64,000 nt of DNA, from contig NC_068982.1 of the NCBI RefSeq assembly GCF_001194135.2, forward strand, positions 56,493,511 to 56,557,510, given 5' to 3'. A program made the translations under genes and the position numbers. Source of the DNA: Octopus bimaculoides. Its lineage: Eukaryota. Below the pieces are notes generated by a model. The model had not been told where the DNA came from. It worked only from the letters and a program-made list of their open reading frames with translations, and did no database searches. Shown one piece after another: positions 50,557 to 64,000 of this stretch. Position 1 is the stretch's first letter, and every line of letters begins with the position of its first letter.

Positions 50557-51154
50557 GTGTGCACATAAATGCAAAACAAGGTGGAAAAATAGTATTCGAA
50601 TACTAAAAGTAGAGTAACATTCCGTCAATAAAACTGCGAAGTTATCACAAAAACTGCCACTCAGAGTTGCCGTCCGACATACGGGAATGTAAAACTGAGT
50701 AACAGTTTTCGTGATAATTTTGCAGCTTTAATAAAAAAAAAAAAGAGAGTGTGCGTGTATATATATGAGATGAGGCTTCAGAGAAGGCTGGCTAAATCTA
50801 TAAAATGAAGGCCGAAGCATCCATCATCATCGTCCTCCTCTAGCCATCAAGACTGTCCAGCTTGTTTCGATATCCCGCTTTACACTAGATATAGGTGTTC
50901 GTTTTAATGTTGCTACCAAGACTACCAGATCACGTGATTTCAGCATTCGTTGGCCTTGTCAGTAGTAGATTCAATATATATCGCTGGCGGAGCGGCTACT
51001 ATTTTCAGCAGTCAGGTATCTCTGCTCAATCCCCGACCAAACAGACATATGTGTTCAAAAGTATTCTATTCATGCCATTCATGTTTTCATGGGTATGTAG
51101 GAGTATATAACTTAATAATATCCAGTCTTTCTAATAATCGGTAATGTGTTATTT

Positions 51155-51225
51155 GAGGGAGATTTGGCTGCTATTTCTAACAAGTGTAGCGACCAAATCG
51201 AGAGGCTGCTGGATTGGCTCGTGCA
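51155..51225 (+). repeat. Representative of an old, highly diverged interspersed repeat (GATTTGGCTGCTATTTCTAG...GCGACCA core)
   Basis: Similar cores near 12235, 17895, 18598 and 38525, with reverse complements near 23200 and 52190. Confidence 0.55.
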
Positions 51226-51753
51226 TAATGGCATGAGCATTCGCTTCGCGTTACCATTTACAGCATACATTAACGAAGGTATACATCTATTTAACAGACG
51301 TCTGTTACTGACTAAACGCAGAAACTGGCTAGTCTCCCGTTACAAAATACATAAACAAGGAAAACAGCTACCACAGTTCAAACTGTCAATCGACATGCTA
51401 AAAGTAGCAGCCTTAATACCCTTAAAATCACAGCCCGTGATCTGAAAACGAAAGGCGCAATTAAGAAAGTGATCCTAGATCTCTTTCTCTCTCTCTCTCT
51501 ATATATATATATAAATAAATAAATGAAATATAACCAAAATAACAAACGTGATGGTCACAGCTGGAAAGATTTAGATTATCGGAGTCGTACAGCAGGGCTT
51601 ATCGCGGATTAAGCAATAACAGATCAGCCCAACCGATTTGCAACTTGAGAATGTAGTCACATTGATTACGTTACGAGGTTGGGTGACCTCGTTAACTTAA
51701 ACTATATTAATTTCAAATCAGCAATGACGTAAGCAGTTTCTAAAATGAAAACC

Positions 51754-51788
<35 letters not shown>

Positions 51789-54700
51789 GCTTGAGCTGTT
51801 TCATGTTACAGGCGGTAGGATCGCTCATATATCAACTGGGAGAGAAAACAAAACAAAAATGGACTTCTATACTTCAAACAACTGACAGTAAACAATAAAT
51901 GAAAAACATCCCCTTAAGGGCGTTCCAGATTTTAAAAAAAAAAATAATAATAAAAGGGAGGTCACTCCAGTCAGCTCAGCTGATCGATATTGTCACAAAT
52001 TGGGGAGGATCTGATCATTAAAGCCAACTGGTGAAAGCAATGAACATGGGTCAGTCTGATTAGACATCTTTAGTGAAGCTTGTTCTATATATCTGGGTGT
52101 GTAAATTAAATAGTAAGTTAGTAGATATACTAATCTACTCGACGTAGATGCAAAACAAGTCAACGTAGAATGTACGCTCGTCACTAAATAAAAATAGCAG
52201 CTAAATCTGTCAAATCATTAATGACTAGTATCATTAAAACGGCAGAGGACACGTTCAATTAAGTATTCTAAAACACACTAAATAAAAAGAAAATGGGTTA
52301 GTTACGGTTGAAAAACCTTTGATTAGAGAAAATAAATAGAAAACAATATCACCACCACTACTAATACTATTGCTAATACCAGAAGCCAACGTGGAAGAGG
52401 CCACGACAGACAACTAGTCAACCTGTTTCGAAAAGCGGGCCGCATGAAACATGGATCATCAATATTGCGGGCCGCGCAGGTAAAGAATAAAAATCAAGGT
52501 AATTTTTCGTTCGTGTGTGATATATTCAGAAAGTCTCGCAGGCCGCAGTTTGTTCGTGACTGGTCTAGGCAGTTGTCACGAGATGTAATAAAAACTGTAG
52601 CCATTTCACTTTTTCAAGTCAAATGATACGTTGAATAACGTAGTCCTCCTGAACAGTATATCTCAATTAAAGACTGGATGGTCATGACAGGAACGCTGCT
52701 GATCTTTAAACCTATTCGATTAGAGCTGAAGCTAGGGACTGAGCATCGCATGTATGTATGTGTTATGTATTTACACACACACACACACACACCATACAAT
52801 ATGTATCTGTTCATATCAACTACTACGAGCAGCAGTAGTAGTAGTAGTAGTAGTAGTAGTAATAGTAAAACCACCAACACCACAACGACGACGACGACTG
52901 CGATCGCCTTCACCACCACTACCACAAGACCACCTCCGCCGCCGCCACCACCACCACCACCACACCTTTTCTGTTTACCTTTACATTCTATTCATTTCAA
53001 TTTTTTCACTCGCACAAATCAAATAACATTCGTTGTGATAGTGTGTGTGTGTGTGTGTTTGTTTGCGAATGGGTACATGTGTACATTATGCATACAGGTA
53101 TGTAAGCGCCTGTGATTATATATCCAAGAGTGTGTGTGAATGTGTATAAAACAGTAAGTATGTGTGCGTGATTCATTTCCAGAATGTACTATTCTGATTT
53201 AACATATTTGGATAAGTATTGTTAGGAGAAGACAAAAAGAAAAAAGAAAAAAAAAACCCCAAAGAAATAGAAAAAGTAACAATTTGAATGCGTTTAGCGA
53301 AAGAATCTATTGCTCTCATTCATTGATTCACTCACTCTCTCCCTCCCTCGCTCTCTCTCACATACATACACGTATGTGTATATAAATATGCACAGACTTA
53401 CAGTGTCTGTGTGTGTGTATTGTGCGATGTATACAACTGCTAAAGTTTTATGGTAGGCGTGACATCCCAAGTTGAAAAAGCCTGTTCTTGAAAACTAGAG
53501 AGAGCAGTGCAAGTATTGTTGTAGCTTTTATTATTAGCATTATTATAATTACGTACAGTACCCTTCACAAACTGCCACCATAAAAATAAAGTAACTAACC
53601 AGATCAGAGAACAAAACCCACATTACAAACATACATGCATGCATATGCGTGTGTAAGGTGACTTGGAATTTGTAAAATGTCGGACAAAATAACTTGCGGT
53701 ATTTGGTTATGCCCCTTTACAAATCAGCTTCCAGTTATGCTTCCAGTTATGACTTTTACCCTTCCAATAAAATAACAGTCGATAAAGCAGGTACTGGATT
53801 TTATGTAATCGACTATACCATCACGAAAGGCAGTACCTCACACACAAACACACGAGTGCATGCATGCGCGCGCTCAGTGTGTGTGTGTTTAATTCTTGCT
53901 GAAAATGCTTTGCACCCACCAGCAAATTCATTATTTGTTGTTTGCATTATAAGAACGCTGGTTCTTAGTGGAGTATAAACAACGCATTCAGTGTCTGTAA
54001 CATGAAAAGTAACGGTGCAGAAACACAAGTCCTACAGTCCAAAGGCGTTATTCATAAGCCAGCTCCGTTTTTCACGCACATTGTCTACAAGGAAAACACT
54101 TTTGAGACAGTTGCCACAGCTAAGACCTCTCCACATTTGAATGTATAGACACAGCTTTTTGTGTGTGTGTGTATGTGCATAATATACAGGTGAACCCAAA
54201 CGGTACAATTTTAAATCATCTAAGATGTTTACTTATTGCCAGAGCACAATGATTAAACAGATAGTCAAGGCTTTGAATTTTCTATTAGTTTTTAACAACT
54301 TTGATGATCAGATCAAATAAATCACAATAAGAATATTCTACAACTAGCATCTTCGAAGGGCATCTAGACGATTCGGTAGCTATTCACCCCGTTAGCCACT
54401 CTTGAACTAGACAGGCAACTACCAAGCTTAACCACACAATATACAGAAATTGTTGACCTCACGAATTGTTGGCAAACAAATTAACCAGGAACGGACAAAG
54501 AAACGAAACACCAGTTTCTATATATCACCGTTAATAACAGTCCTAAGAAGGCCATGAAAAAATAGCATTCTCCTCGTGGTAAAATGGAGCTTAAATGATT
54601 ATGTGTGTGTGTGTGTGTGTGTGTGTGTTTTGTGCTAGTCAACAAAGGAACCTCTATGTTGCTGTCTAATTTGTTAGAAATCGTAGCTAAATCTCTCAAT

Positions 54701-55013
54701 TCAACGTACTGTCTTAAGCGCACCATGCTTGAAAATCATGAGATGATCACGGTTTTAGTATATTTGATTAAGAGTATACACTCAATCAGAGCCTTTCTGG
54801 GACTAAAACAACAACATCAGGAGCATAATAAAAACAGCTTTAGTGTTTAGCAATCCGGCTCTCTTCATTCTACAATAAAAGGTCCTGTCAAATGTTAAAG
54901 ACGTTACATGCAAATGCACACTAATTGTAAAGCAAACCTCTCCTTATTCTCTTGTATTATATCATAATGCTACTACCATTCCCACGAACGACACCAACAC
55001 CACCCCAAGGAGA

Positions 55014-55047
<34 letters not shown>

Positions 55048-55152
55048 TGTATGTGCGCGCGCGCGCGCATATATACTTACTCTACATAGCAACAAGGACA
55101 AATTGTACGACTGCCAGGTGAAATTTGATACAAAGCTGACATATATAAATAC

Positions 55153-55184
<32 letters not shown>

Positions 55185-55592
55185 TCTTTTTTATATTCGA
55201 TCCATTACAAAACACACACCAAGTAAACATTTGTTGACCAGAAATAATAAAAGCCGTATTATATACAACATTCTCTTTCTCAGAAACTTTTGCACGACAA
55301 AACACCCTCAACACCAAACTTCACTGTACACAAAAATTATACAACACATTTATGTTATTACTGCGTAACATAATATACGGGGATGTAAGCAGAGGAGAAC
55401 AAGCCTATCCAACAGATGTTTAAAGTCAACTAAAGTACGCACTACATACAGCTGTGTGAACTTTACTCTAACAAACTATAATACAACCGAACAGTAAGTG
55501 TCTGTTACCTCCAAGGTTCTGAACGACATAGAAGAGAAAGAGGTACCTTTTAAAAAAATCTCGCCATGAATGGTTATTGTCCAAATACGGGT

Positions 55593-55631
<39 letters not shown>

Positions 55632-55898
55632 GCCTAGCTGACCGAAACTTGGAAGTTACTTCTCAACAACATTCTTGTATGAGAATAATAAAGTTGTATA
55701 CTAGAAAATTATAAAGTACTCAATCAGATTAATGCAAAATTGTTTGCATTATAACTGAACATAAAAGCAAACAATATATATATATATATGCAAAGTTTAG
55801 GTTAGTTAAAAATATGTTAAAAGGCAAATTCACTGCAGTTACCGTAGAGAAAATATTTCTCTTATGGTAAAAAGGTGTGAAAACACTTTATTTGACCA

Positions 55899-56043
55899 GT
55901 GTCGCCATCTAACAGAACTCCCAGACATCGAAGTTTCAAGCTATTTGGCTTTAAGGTCTGTTCAGAGTTGCCTCTCTTGGGTACCTAAGAGAGGCAACTA
56001 GCTTGAAACATCGATATCTGGAAGTCCTGATAGTTGGCGACAC
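55899..56043. repeat. Palindromic (fold-back) element
   Basis: Outer arms match at 39/45 and inner arms at 13/13, centred on GGTACC. Confidence 0.85.
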
Positions 56044-57339
56044 CGAACAGAGAGGGTATTTTCATATCCTGAAACCACATGGTTGTGAAGCAAATATCTT
56101 AGCCTTCTAAAAGTTACAGCCTAATAAGGATTCATTCTAATAAGAATTAGGAGGGAGGGATCTAGCCGATTATATCGACCCCATTGCTCAACCTCGGCTA
56201 CATTTGAACCCAGAACATAAAGCCGGACGAAATGGCACGAAAGCATTTTGCCCGGTGTGCTAACGATTCTGCCAGCTCGCCACCAATAACAACAATAACA
56301 GTAGAAATGATCTGCGTGAGATGAAACCAACCTAATTCCGACTTCTATACAATAAAGAAGACGGCAGGCTTTGTGCATAGTATTTGAGTTAAAAGAGATA
56401 TATACAGAAGGGTTGTGTTTTTTTTGTTGTTATATCTAAAAAGTAGCAGCTGTGTGTGTGTGTGGGGGGGGCTTGCCCTGTTGCCAATGAAATAATTGGT
56501 AATGTCTTGTAGGCATGTCAGTCCCATAGGAGTGCGGTAAGTGTTGAGTATAGTAATAGGCATGATACAAGGGAAGTCCTCTTGAACAGAAGGAGACATT
56601 CTTTTGATAAGAGAAGAAATAATAGAAAACGCTAGAAAGAACAGAGAATACAGCAACTAAAAAGAAATCAAAAACAATCCTCCCCTCTAGTCATAGAGTA
56701 ACACACATACAAGCTCATTTTTTTTTGTATTCCTAAGTGACAGGGACATATAAAAGTAATTCTGTTAAATCTATATACTAAATACTTTGCCTAAGGTCAA
56801 GGTCTTACTTCATTTCCTTGCCATCAAACAGAAACACTTTCTAGTTTGTTGGAATCAAAAGATTTACCCTAACTAGCTACCGATGTCTGTCTGACAATCA
56901 CCAGAAATAATAATAATAATAAGAAGAAGAAGAAGCTAACAGAGCCAACACTTAAAATATAATTTCTTTACAAAAGGGGGCAAATAGAAAAAGAAAATAG
57001 AAGCTGAGGCCTACTTAGACAATCAGACCACACCTTTTGATGGAGACCGAGTCTCATAATGAAGTTACAATAAGAAAAACTTGCCGTGCTGCAAAAATTC
57101 AATAGTAGTATGTAAAAGAAATTATTATTATTTTTTGTCGTTGGTCAGTAAGTATTATTTTCTATTTGCTCCTATCTAGAACCTGTAATCTGGACATTTT
57201 CCTAACTGACCTATTTTCTGGACCACCCTTGATGATTAAGGTTAAATCATCATCACCACCAACAAGATATATAATAATTGTCACGGAGTGGGAATAATCA
57301 TTCATGAGCGCAAAGAATCCACAAGGAAGCATCTAAAAG

Positions 57340-57671
57340 CAGTGGTTCTCAACTATTTTTACATGTAGAGCTCTTTGATTATTGTTTTAATCTAGTGGAC
57401 CCCACCTCATAGCTATTCGATGTTAAAAAAAAAACTAGTTTTACAGATACTTCTTTAAAAATTCTCTTTCTGATTTTCATACATTCACTTATGTAGTTTG
57501 AACTATGTAAAACGTTGGAGAAAGAAACCTAACCGTTTCTTGCAAATTTTTTTTCATGAATCGTTGATATACTACTGTGGGTCCCTAATTTAATATTTTG
57601 CTTGTGTGGACCCACCCTAAAATCTTATATGGACCCCCACGGGCTACATGGACCCTGACTGAGAACCGCTG
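57340..57671. mobile_element. hAT (Charlie-type) MITE
   Basis: TIRs CAGTGGTTCTCAAC / CTGAGAACCGCTG. Body is homologous to 11834-12168. No clear TSD. Confidence 0.78.
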
Positions 57672-60600
57672 ATCAATAGTTTTATGTTATCTTCTAAAAA
57701 TAACAGCTAAAATCTTTCCCCAAACGCATTCCTGCCGTCTTTAAAATGTAATAAAAGGGCGCCGAACATATAAGACAGTGGTGGTCAATAAGACGTGATA
57801 GCCATGGTTACAGTACCTTTGATCACAAGACTTGCTGGTTTAAACCTGCCATAAGGGGCTAAACAACGATAACAAAATGGTGGTTTAAAATAAAATAAGA
57901 TGAAATAGGAAAGACCGAGTGAAAACAGTCTTAAAAATTCTTTCCGTCACTGCTACTATTTCCGATCTATGAAACAGACCGAAGAAAGATTAAAAGAGAG
58001 TGAGTCGTAGGTAAAGAAATCTACCAACACATGGAAGAAGTAAGTTAATCCAAAAATAAATAATAATAATAAATAAAATAAAATCCTGATTTTTCTTCAT
58101 TTGATAGTTATATAAATAAATATTGGTTCGTTCTGAGTAAAGGAGTACCAGTTGTATTCAAGTTTCTTTTTTCGTTTTTTTGTTTCAGTTTTAATGGTAA
58201 AAACATGTATTTTTGAAAGACAAAGTTCAAAGGAAACCATGAAAAGTCACACACACACACACGCACACACACAGAACTCCTCAAAACAATCTTAGAGCAT
58301 ACAAAATGAGAAAAAGAGAGGCAGAGAGAGAGAGAGGGGGAGAGAAAGAGAGAATGTTGGTAAATATTGAGTGTTTGACCAAATAAATGGTCCACAGAAG
58401 TGAAAGAGAGAAAGATACCAAATAAGACAATCACACATAAACACTCACACACAACGAGGAAGTTGTAAGTGGTTAGGTTTCCATGTATATAATTATAATA
58501 AGAATGGATAAAAATGGATACACACACACACACACGCTGTGTGTGTGTGTGAACGAAGTTACTGAATGTTACACTAAAAAGCAGGAGTAAATTCAGGGAA
58601 GTAGAACTCGTCGACCAACAAGAAAGAAAGAAAATAAAAAAAAACTATGCACGAATGAAATGAAGCATGTAAATATATATATGTACACACACACGTATGT
58701 GCATAATATACATATACAGACACAGTCATATATATATATATATATATATGAATGTATGTATACAAGCATATACATGTACATGAAAATACATGCATACAGA
58801 GGAATTGATTTCAGTGAAAAAAAAAAAAGGTGGGGGAAGAAAAGGAAACAAGATTAGAAATTAAGTTTTCATCAGTGCCCTTAGTGACCTAGTAAATGGT
58901 TTGCCATTAGTTGAGAAGTGTGTGTCTATGCGTGCGTGTGTGCGTGAGTGCGCGTGCGAATGTAATAAATCCAACCATCAATGAGAAAAAAAAAATGGAG
59001 CAGAAAGTTGAAATCTGTTTCTGATGTCATTGAGTTTAGCTCAATGATTAGGCCTACACACACACACAGATAGATATGTAAGGAAGAACGATTTCAAATA
59101 TTAGCATAAGGTGACAAATTTGGGGGAGGGAAGAAGGGCATAGTCTCTCAAACGTATCCTATTGGATAACAGACGCTTTATTTTATCAACCCCAACACCT
59201 CACTCTCAGAAAATAGAAAAATGAAGTTGATGTCGGTGAGATTTGAAATGGGAATGCAAAAATATGTAACTAAACACGAGATTGAAGAATTGTATTCTTA
59301 CACAATATTATTCCCTTACAAACATTTCGAATGGCTTGAGGGACCAACAAAGAACAAGTGACAAGAATTCAAAACGGAAATAACAAGACTAAGTGGAAGG
59401 AAACTCGTTATGATGCGGAGTGGGATAGCAGAATTCATCAGAGGAAGAACTCCCGTCAAGCAAATGTTTCGGTCCATTAGTTACTTATACTCCAAAAATG
59501 AGCACTCAAAGTCATGACTTCTATGTGTCCTGCTGCTATTTTTGAAATGCAAACTTTAGTGAGGACTGAACCAGGAACCGTCATGTGATCTTATTTTTCT
59601 AAACCGTGATGTATGCCGTTCGGTCACGAAGACCACTGAAAGAACTTGCACCGAGGATCTATTTCAATCTGGGTTTTCAATCAGAAGACATCTCTCATCC
59701 AACCGTCCTAGATTAGCACTGACCCCTAAAGGATGAAAGGTAAAATTTATCTTGGCGAGATTGGAACTCGACGAAGGAATAAATAGAGAAAGAACAAATG
59801 CCGCATAACGATTCAGTCAATTCGAAGCCTAAAATTACAGGGTGGTCGTAACTGAAATGTCTTAGATCACAGGTTTACACAATCATAGCTTACTTGGTAT
59901 TTAAAAAAAACAAAAAAAACTCAACAAATTGAAATTTAGAATGAAGCGTTGAAACCACACCATTCAAATGGCTACGCAGATAACAAGTCAAGTAATTATG
60001 TAGGTACACGTGTGTGCCTATTTATCATAAAAAATTTCCTCTGATCGAACAAACCTACGATCAAAAGTAATACTACTGTGACCATTTGGTTTTTTTAAAA
60101 TCCAGCATATTGTATCTTTAATGTTCCCTTGCTTTGTTATTTATTTTATACGACGTTAGGGTATAAGCTGGGCAGAAATTTGGTTTCTGTTTCTTGAAGG
60201 CCATGCGACCGTGTTGAGCAGCAGCTTATTATAAGAAAAGAGAGTAGGATGCTCTGGTACTTGAAAAAGTAGCAGACAATTTGTTTTAGGTTTAATAAAT
60301 CGAAGACGGTTTTGAACTTGCTAAACTTGTCCAACGCCATAAGGAAGAAACAAAAATTATACGGATGTACAATATTATGAACACTCATTGATAAATAGGA
60401 GTGGACCTAAAAAATTTCGCTAAAAATTCTTTCAGGGAAGGTGTTGTCATTCGATGTCAGCTGTTCGTTCAGACACTGACAAACACCTTCTCCGTCGTCG
60501 TTGGTTCCACGTCACATTTATATATTAGACGGCTGACTATTAATTTCGAGGAAGATTTTTGCTTTCTATTTTTAGCAGGCCAAATGACCGCATAGAAGCT

Positions 60601-61198
60601 TTCTCTGTAGTTCATGTGCCTTGTAAGTGTGTGTGTGTGCGCGCGCGCTTGTTCTTTGATGTATTTCGTTCTGTTGCGTGTTCGTTTGGTTGTCTGTTTG
60701 TATATGTGTGGTGTTTGTCGCTTGTTATTTCGTCCATATCACCTAATTTGTTACCTTGCCATATATAATGGTATTTATTTTCTCTTGGCGCTGACTCCAC
60801 CACCATCGCCACTCCTTTTCTTATTGTATAAAGACGACTTAACAGCAAATTGACAGCACCCATTTATTCTGAACTAAATTGGTCTGTCATCAAATTGAAA
60901 GAGAAAACCTGTTGAATTTCCAAGTTCTGCAATAGTTCAAGATGGATGTGTGAATGGTTAAATTAAAAGGATGCTGGACAAGTGGATAATAGATGGTAAC
61001 GGTTAGCAGCAACTTGTCATGGTGTTCTTTACAACAAGGGATGTTAATCAAATATGTTTCTATTAAATAAAAGCAAGACGTTGTCGAACGTCTCAATATA
61101 ACTGATATAACATTTCTACAGTCTCCTACTTCTTTCTTAAGAGAGCGAGAAGGATGTTTCTCATACTATTTCCAACTTCGCTGAGAGCCGTTCTAATC

Positions 61199-61560
61199 AT
61201 TATTACCTCCGCCTTAGCGAAGGCGGAGGTATTATTTTTAGTCGTGTTTGTTTTTTGTCCGTGGACAAGATATCTCAAGAACCGCTGGATGGATTCGGAT
61301 GAAACTTTCAGGGATGTTTGACCCCGTGACTGGCACGAATTGATTAGATTTTGGAATAGATCCGGTACCAGACAAGGATTATTTTCCCCGTTTTTTTAAC
61401 TTAATTTTTGAGAGCGGTCGGGTTCATTTTTAGTATTCTCGTTTGTGAGAGCAGTCCAAGTTTATTTCCAATATTCTCATTTAAAAAATCATCTCTGGCT
61501 AATCGTTGAGAGGACGTTGGTGTTACCTTGGCGGTGGTTTGCGCTCTCTGAGTGCTCTTA
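61199..61560 (+). mobile_element. Helentron-associated non-autonomous element (HINE/DINE-like)
   Basis: 5' hairpin TACCTCCGCCTT-AGCG-AAGGCGGAGGTA (61204-61231). 3' sub-terminal repeat GGCGGTGGT (61530-61538) followed by stem-loop GCGCTC-TCT-GAGTGC. T-rich flanks. Confidence 0.8.
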
Positions 61561-63969
61561 TTATTATTAAGGCGGCAAACTGGCAGAATCATTAGCACGC
61601 CGGGCGAAATGCTTAGTAGCATTTCGCCTGTCTTCAAGTTCCGAATTCAATTTCAGCCGAAGTCGACTTTGCCTTTCATCCTTTCGGGGTCAATGTAATC
61701 AACTAGCCCCNNNNNNNNNNNNNNNNNNNNNNNNNNNNNNNNNNNNNNNNNNNNNNNNNNNNNNNCCCTCCCCAAATTTTCAAGCCTTGTTCAGCATCTT
61801 TAGTTACTATGGAAACAGAGCTTTTCGCCAGAGTGATGTGTAAAATACTCGCTTCTGATTTTGCAAATTTTAAAGTCTAATAACATTCTAACTATGAATT
61901 TATAGGAAAAATGAATTTCATTTTCATAATTAGTATACAAAACTTAATCCATATACCAAATTTGAAAACAATTGAAACAAAATTGTAAAAACACTGACGA
62001 AAATCACAAAGATCCCCTTTCACTAATAGCTTCTGATCAACCCAAGTCGTATGCGTGAAATTGCGTAGAAGGAAACTGTTTCCCGGGGACAATCTGTCGA
62101 ATAGATTGTACCGCAGTTCGAGGTCCAACCTAGTTTCACACGGTGTCACGCTAATAATACTTAAGGCGTGCGTCAAAGTTATTCAAACCTGCGGAGTACT
62201 CAGCAACTTACACTCTAATTTAACGATTAGAAATTGTCTGACACCCATTCGACTTACTGTGTCTAGAGCAATTAGGGAATATCTAAATACTTTGGATCAT
62301 AGGTCAGGCTTATTTAGGGTTGACCTGGGAAAAAACAAACAAACAAAAGAAAAAAACATAAAACAAAACAAAGACAACTAGTATTACTATCATGTTCACA
62401 CAAACGCAAAACCGATTCTAATAATTTATCGATTTATTGCAATTAATCAATTTAAAGCTTTGATAATTGTTGATGAATCAGACAGATCCTCTCAAGTTTC
62501 ATTTATCAAATTCAGTATTTTAATCTTTGAAGTGTTTAGCTGCTTCCGCAACAACAACAACAACAACAAAAGCAACAAAGACAGCGAGCTGGCAGAATCG
62601 TTACAACACCGGTAAAATGCTTTCGCCTTCCATCCTTTCGGGATAAGTACCTGATGCGTACTGAGGTCGATTACATCAACCTACCCCCACCCCAACCCAC
62701 CAAAACAAAAACAAAAAAATCTTTGTGCCTTGTGCCTAAAGTATAGAAAGGATTATTTTTTATTTTCATTATCAATATTCTTTTCTACTCTAGGCACAAG
62801 GCCCGAAATTTTGGGAGAGGGGGCCAGTTGATTAGATCGATCCCAGTACGCAACTGGTACTTAATTTATCGACTCCGAAAGGATGAAAGGCAAAGTCGAC
62901 CTCGGCGGAATTTGAACTCAGAACGTAGTGGCAGACGAAATACCGCTAAGCATTTCGCCCGACGTGAACGTTTCTGCCAGCATCAATATTAGCATCATTA
63001 TCAAAGAATAATCATAAACCGTCTGAAAATTAAAACGGATGCGTAAATACAGACTTAAAAACGGGGAGTGGACCTAGGCAAAAGAAACTATGGAGCTTTT
63101 CAGTTTGGCTGCACCATTGGAAATTTAAAGTTTAGTGAAAATATTTAAAATTTGGTGTTTTGATGCAATTTTCCAAGTTGAATTTCAAGGGATAATACAC
63201 TTTTCCAGAATTTTTTTTAAAGTTACAGGGGTTTAAAATTTGATTATTTTTACCCAACCAGAAAACAAGATTTGGAAACTGTCACTTTAAACGTGACTGT
63301 ACGTAATAACTGTAAATAAATGGAATATTGTCATAGCTCCTGTTTTAAGCATTTAATTAGCGAAAAGTGGCCACGTGTAACAGCTGACTTGTTATTATGG
63401 AAATAGGCACCGATAGGTCTGTGGCTCTCGATTGGCTAAAATTACCCAAAATTTGCAAACTTTAAAAGGTATTAACTCTATTTATTGATTTATGGCGAAA
63501 ATAAATTTCATGTCAATGGTTACCATACAAAACTACTACACGATTCCAAATATGAAATCAATTGGAACAAAAAGTGAAGAAATTGAAAAGTGGCAGCCAA
63601 ATATCGGAAACTATACATACTTTATAATTTTGAAAGGTGATCATTCACAACAACTCTAAAGAGTGTGTTATTTAGCCCAAGGTCAGTACACATACAGTAA
63701 AAGGAGCCATGATCAAAAGACGCTTGTCGTGATCCTCTCCGCTTCATCTATTATTCTACCATATTCTTTTCACGGTTACATTATACCGTGGCTGTGTGGT
63801 AAAGAATTTGCTTTCCAACCACATAGTTCCAGGTTCAGTCCCACTGCGTGGCACCTTGGGCAAGTGTTTTCTACTATAGCTTCAGGCTAACTAAAGCTTT
63901 GTGAGAGGATTTTAGCAGAAGGACTGAAAGAAGCCTGTGATAGGTATGTGTATGTAATAGGTATGTATG

Positions 63970-64000
<31 letters not shown>

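Larger units (their letters stand above)
13..61765. other. About 15 assembly gaps (N runs)
   Basis: Largest gaps: 13-590, 8123-8418, 23347-23783, 34075-34451, 39285-39627, 47664-47962. Most abut microsatellites or SINEs. Confidence 0.99.

Noticed and set aside
56513-56536. AG...GTAAGT-bounded 24-nt plus-strand microexon
   Set aside because: Weak pyrimidine tract and no linked gene. Expected by chance.

Overview
AT-rich, gap-containing eukaryotic draft assembly, dense in microsatellites. The repeat families and composition suggest an octopus/cephalopod genome (inference). The only host protein-coding sequence I can support is the terminal exon of a Repulsive Guidance Molecule (RGM) family gene on the minus strand (19915-20604). 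Its upstream exons are not visible. The rest is a mosaic of at least four tRNA-headed SINE families, hAT MITEs, mariner/Tc1 relics, an L1/Tx1 endonuclease relic, a Helentron-type element and several palindromes. Almost all ORFs in the supplied track are microsatellite or N-gap artefacts. Most interesting signals: (1) a composite non-autonomous element made of a tRNA-like Pol III head, a minimal hammerhead ribozyme and a tail, with Penelope-like inverted flanks; (2) further hammerhead-like cores in unrelated repeats; (3) a TIR- and AT-flanked element carrying a SAP+SWIM ORF remnant; (4) two mariner relics rearranged into fold-backs. All structure calls were made by eye; no database search or folding program was run.
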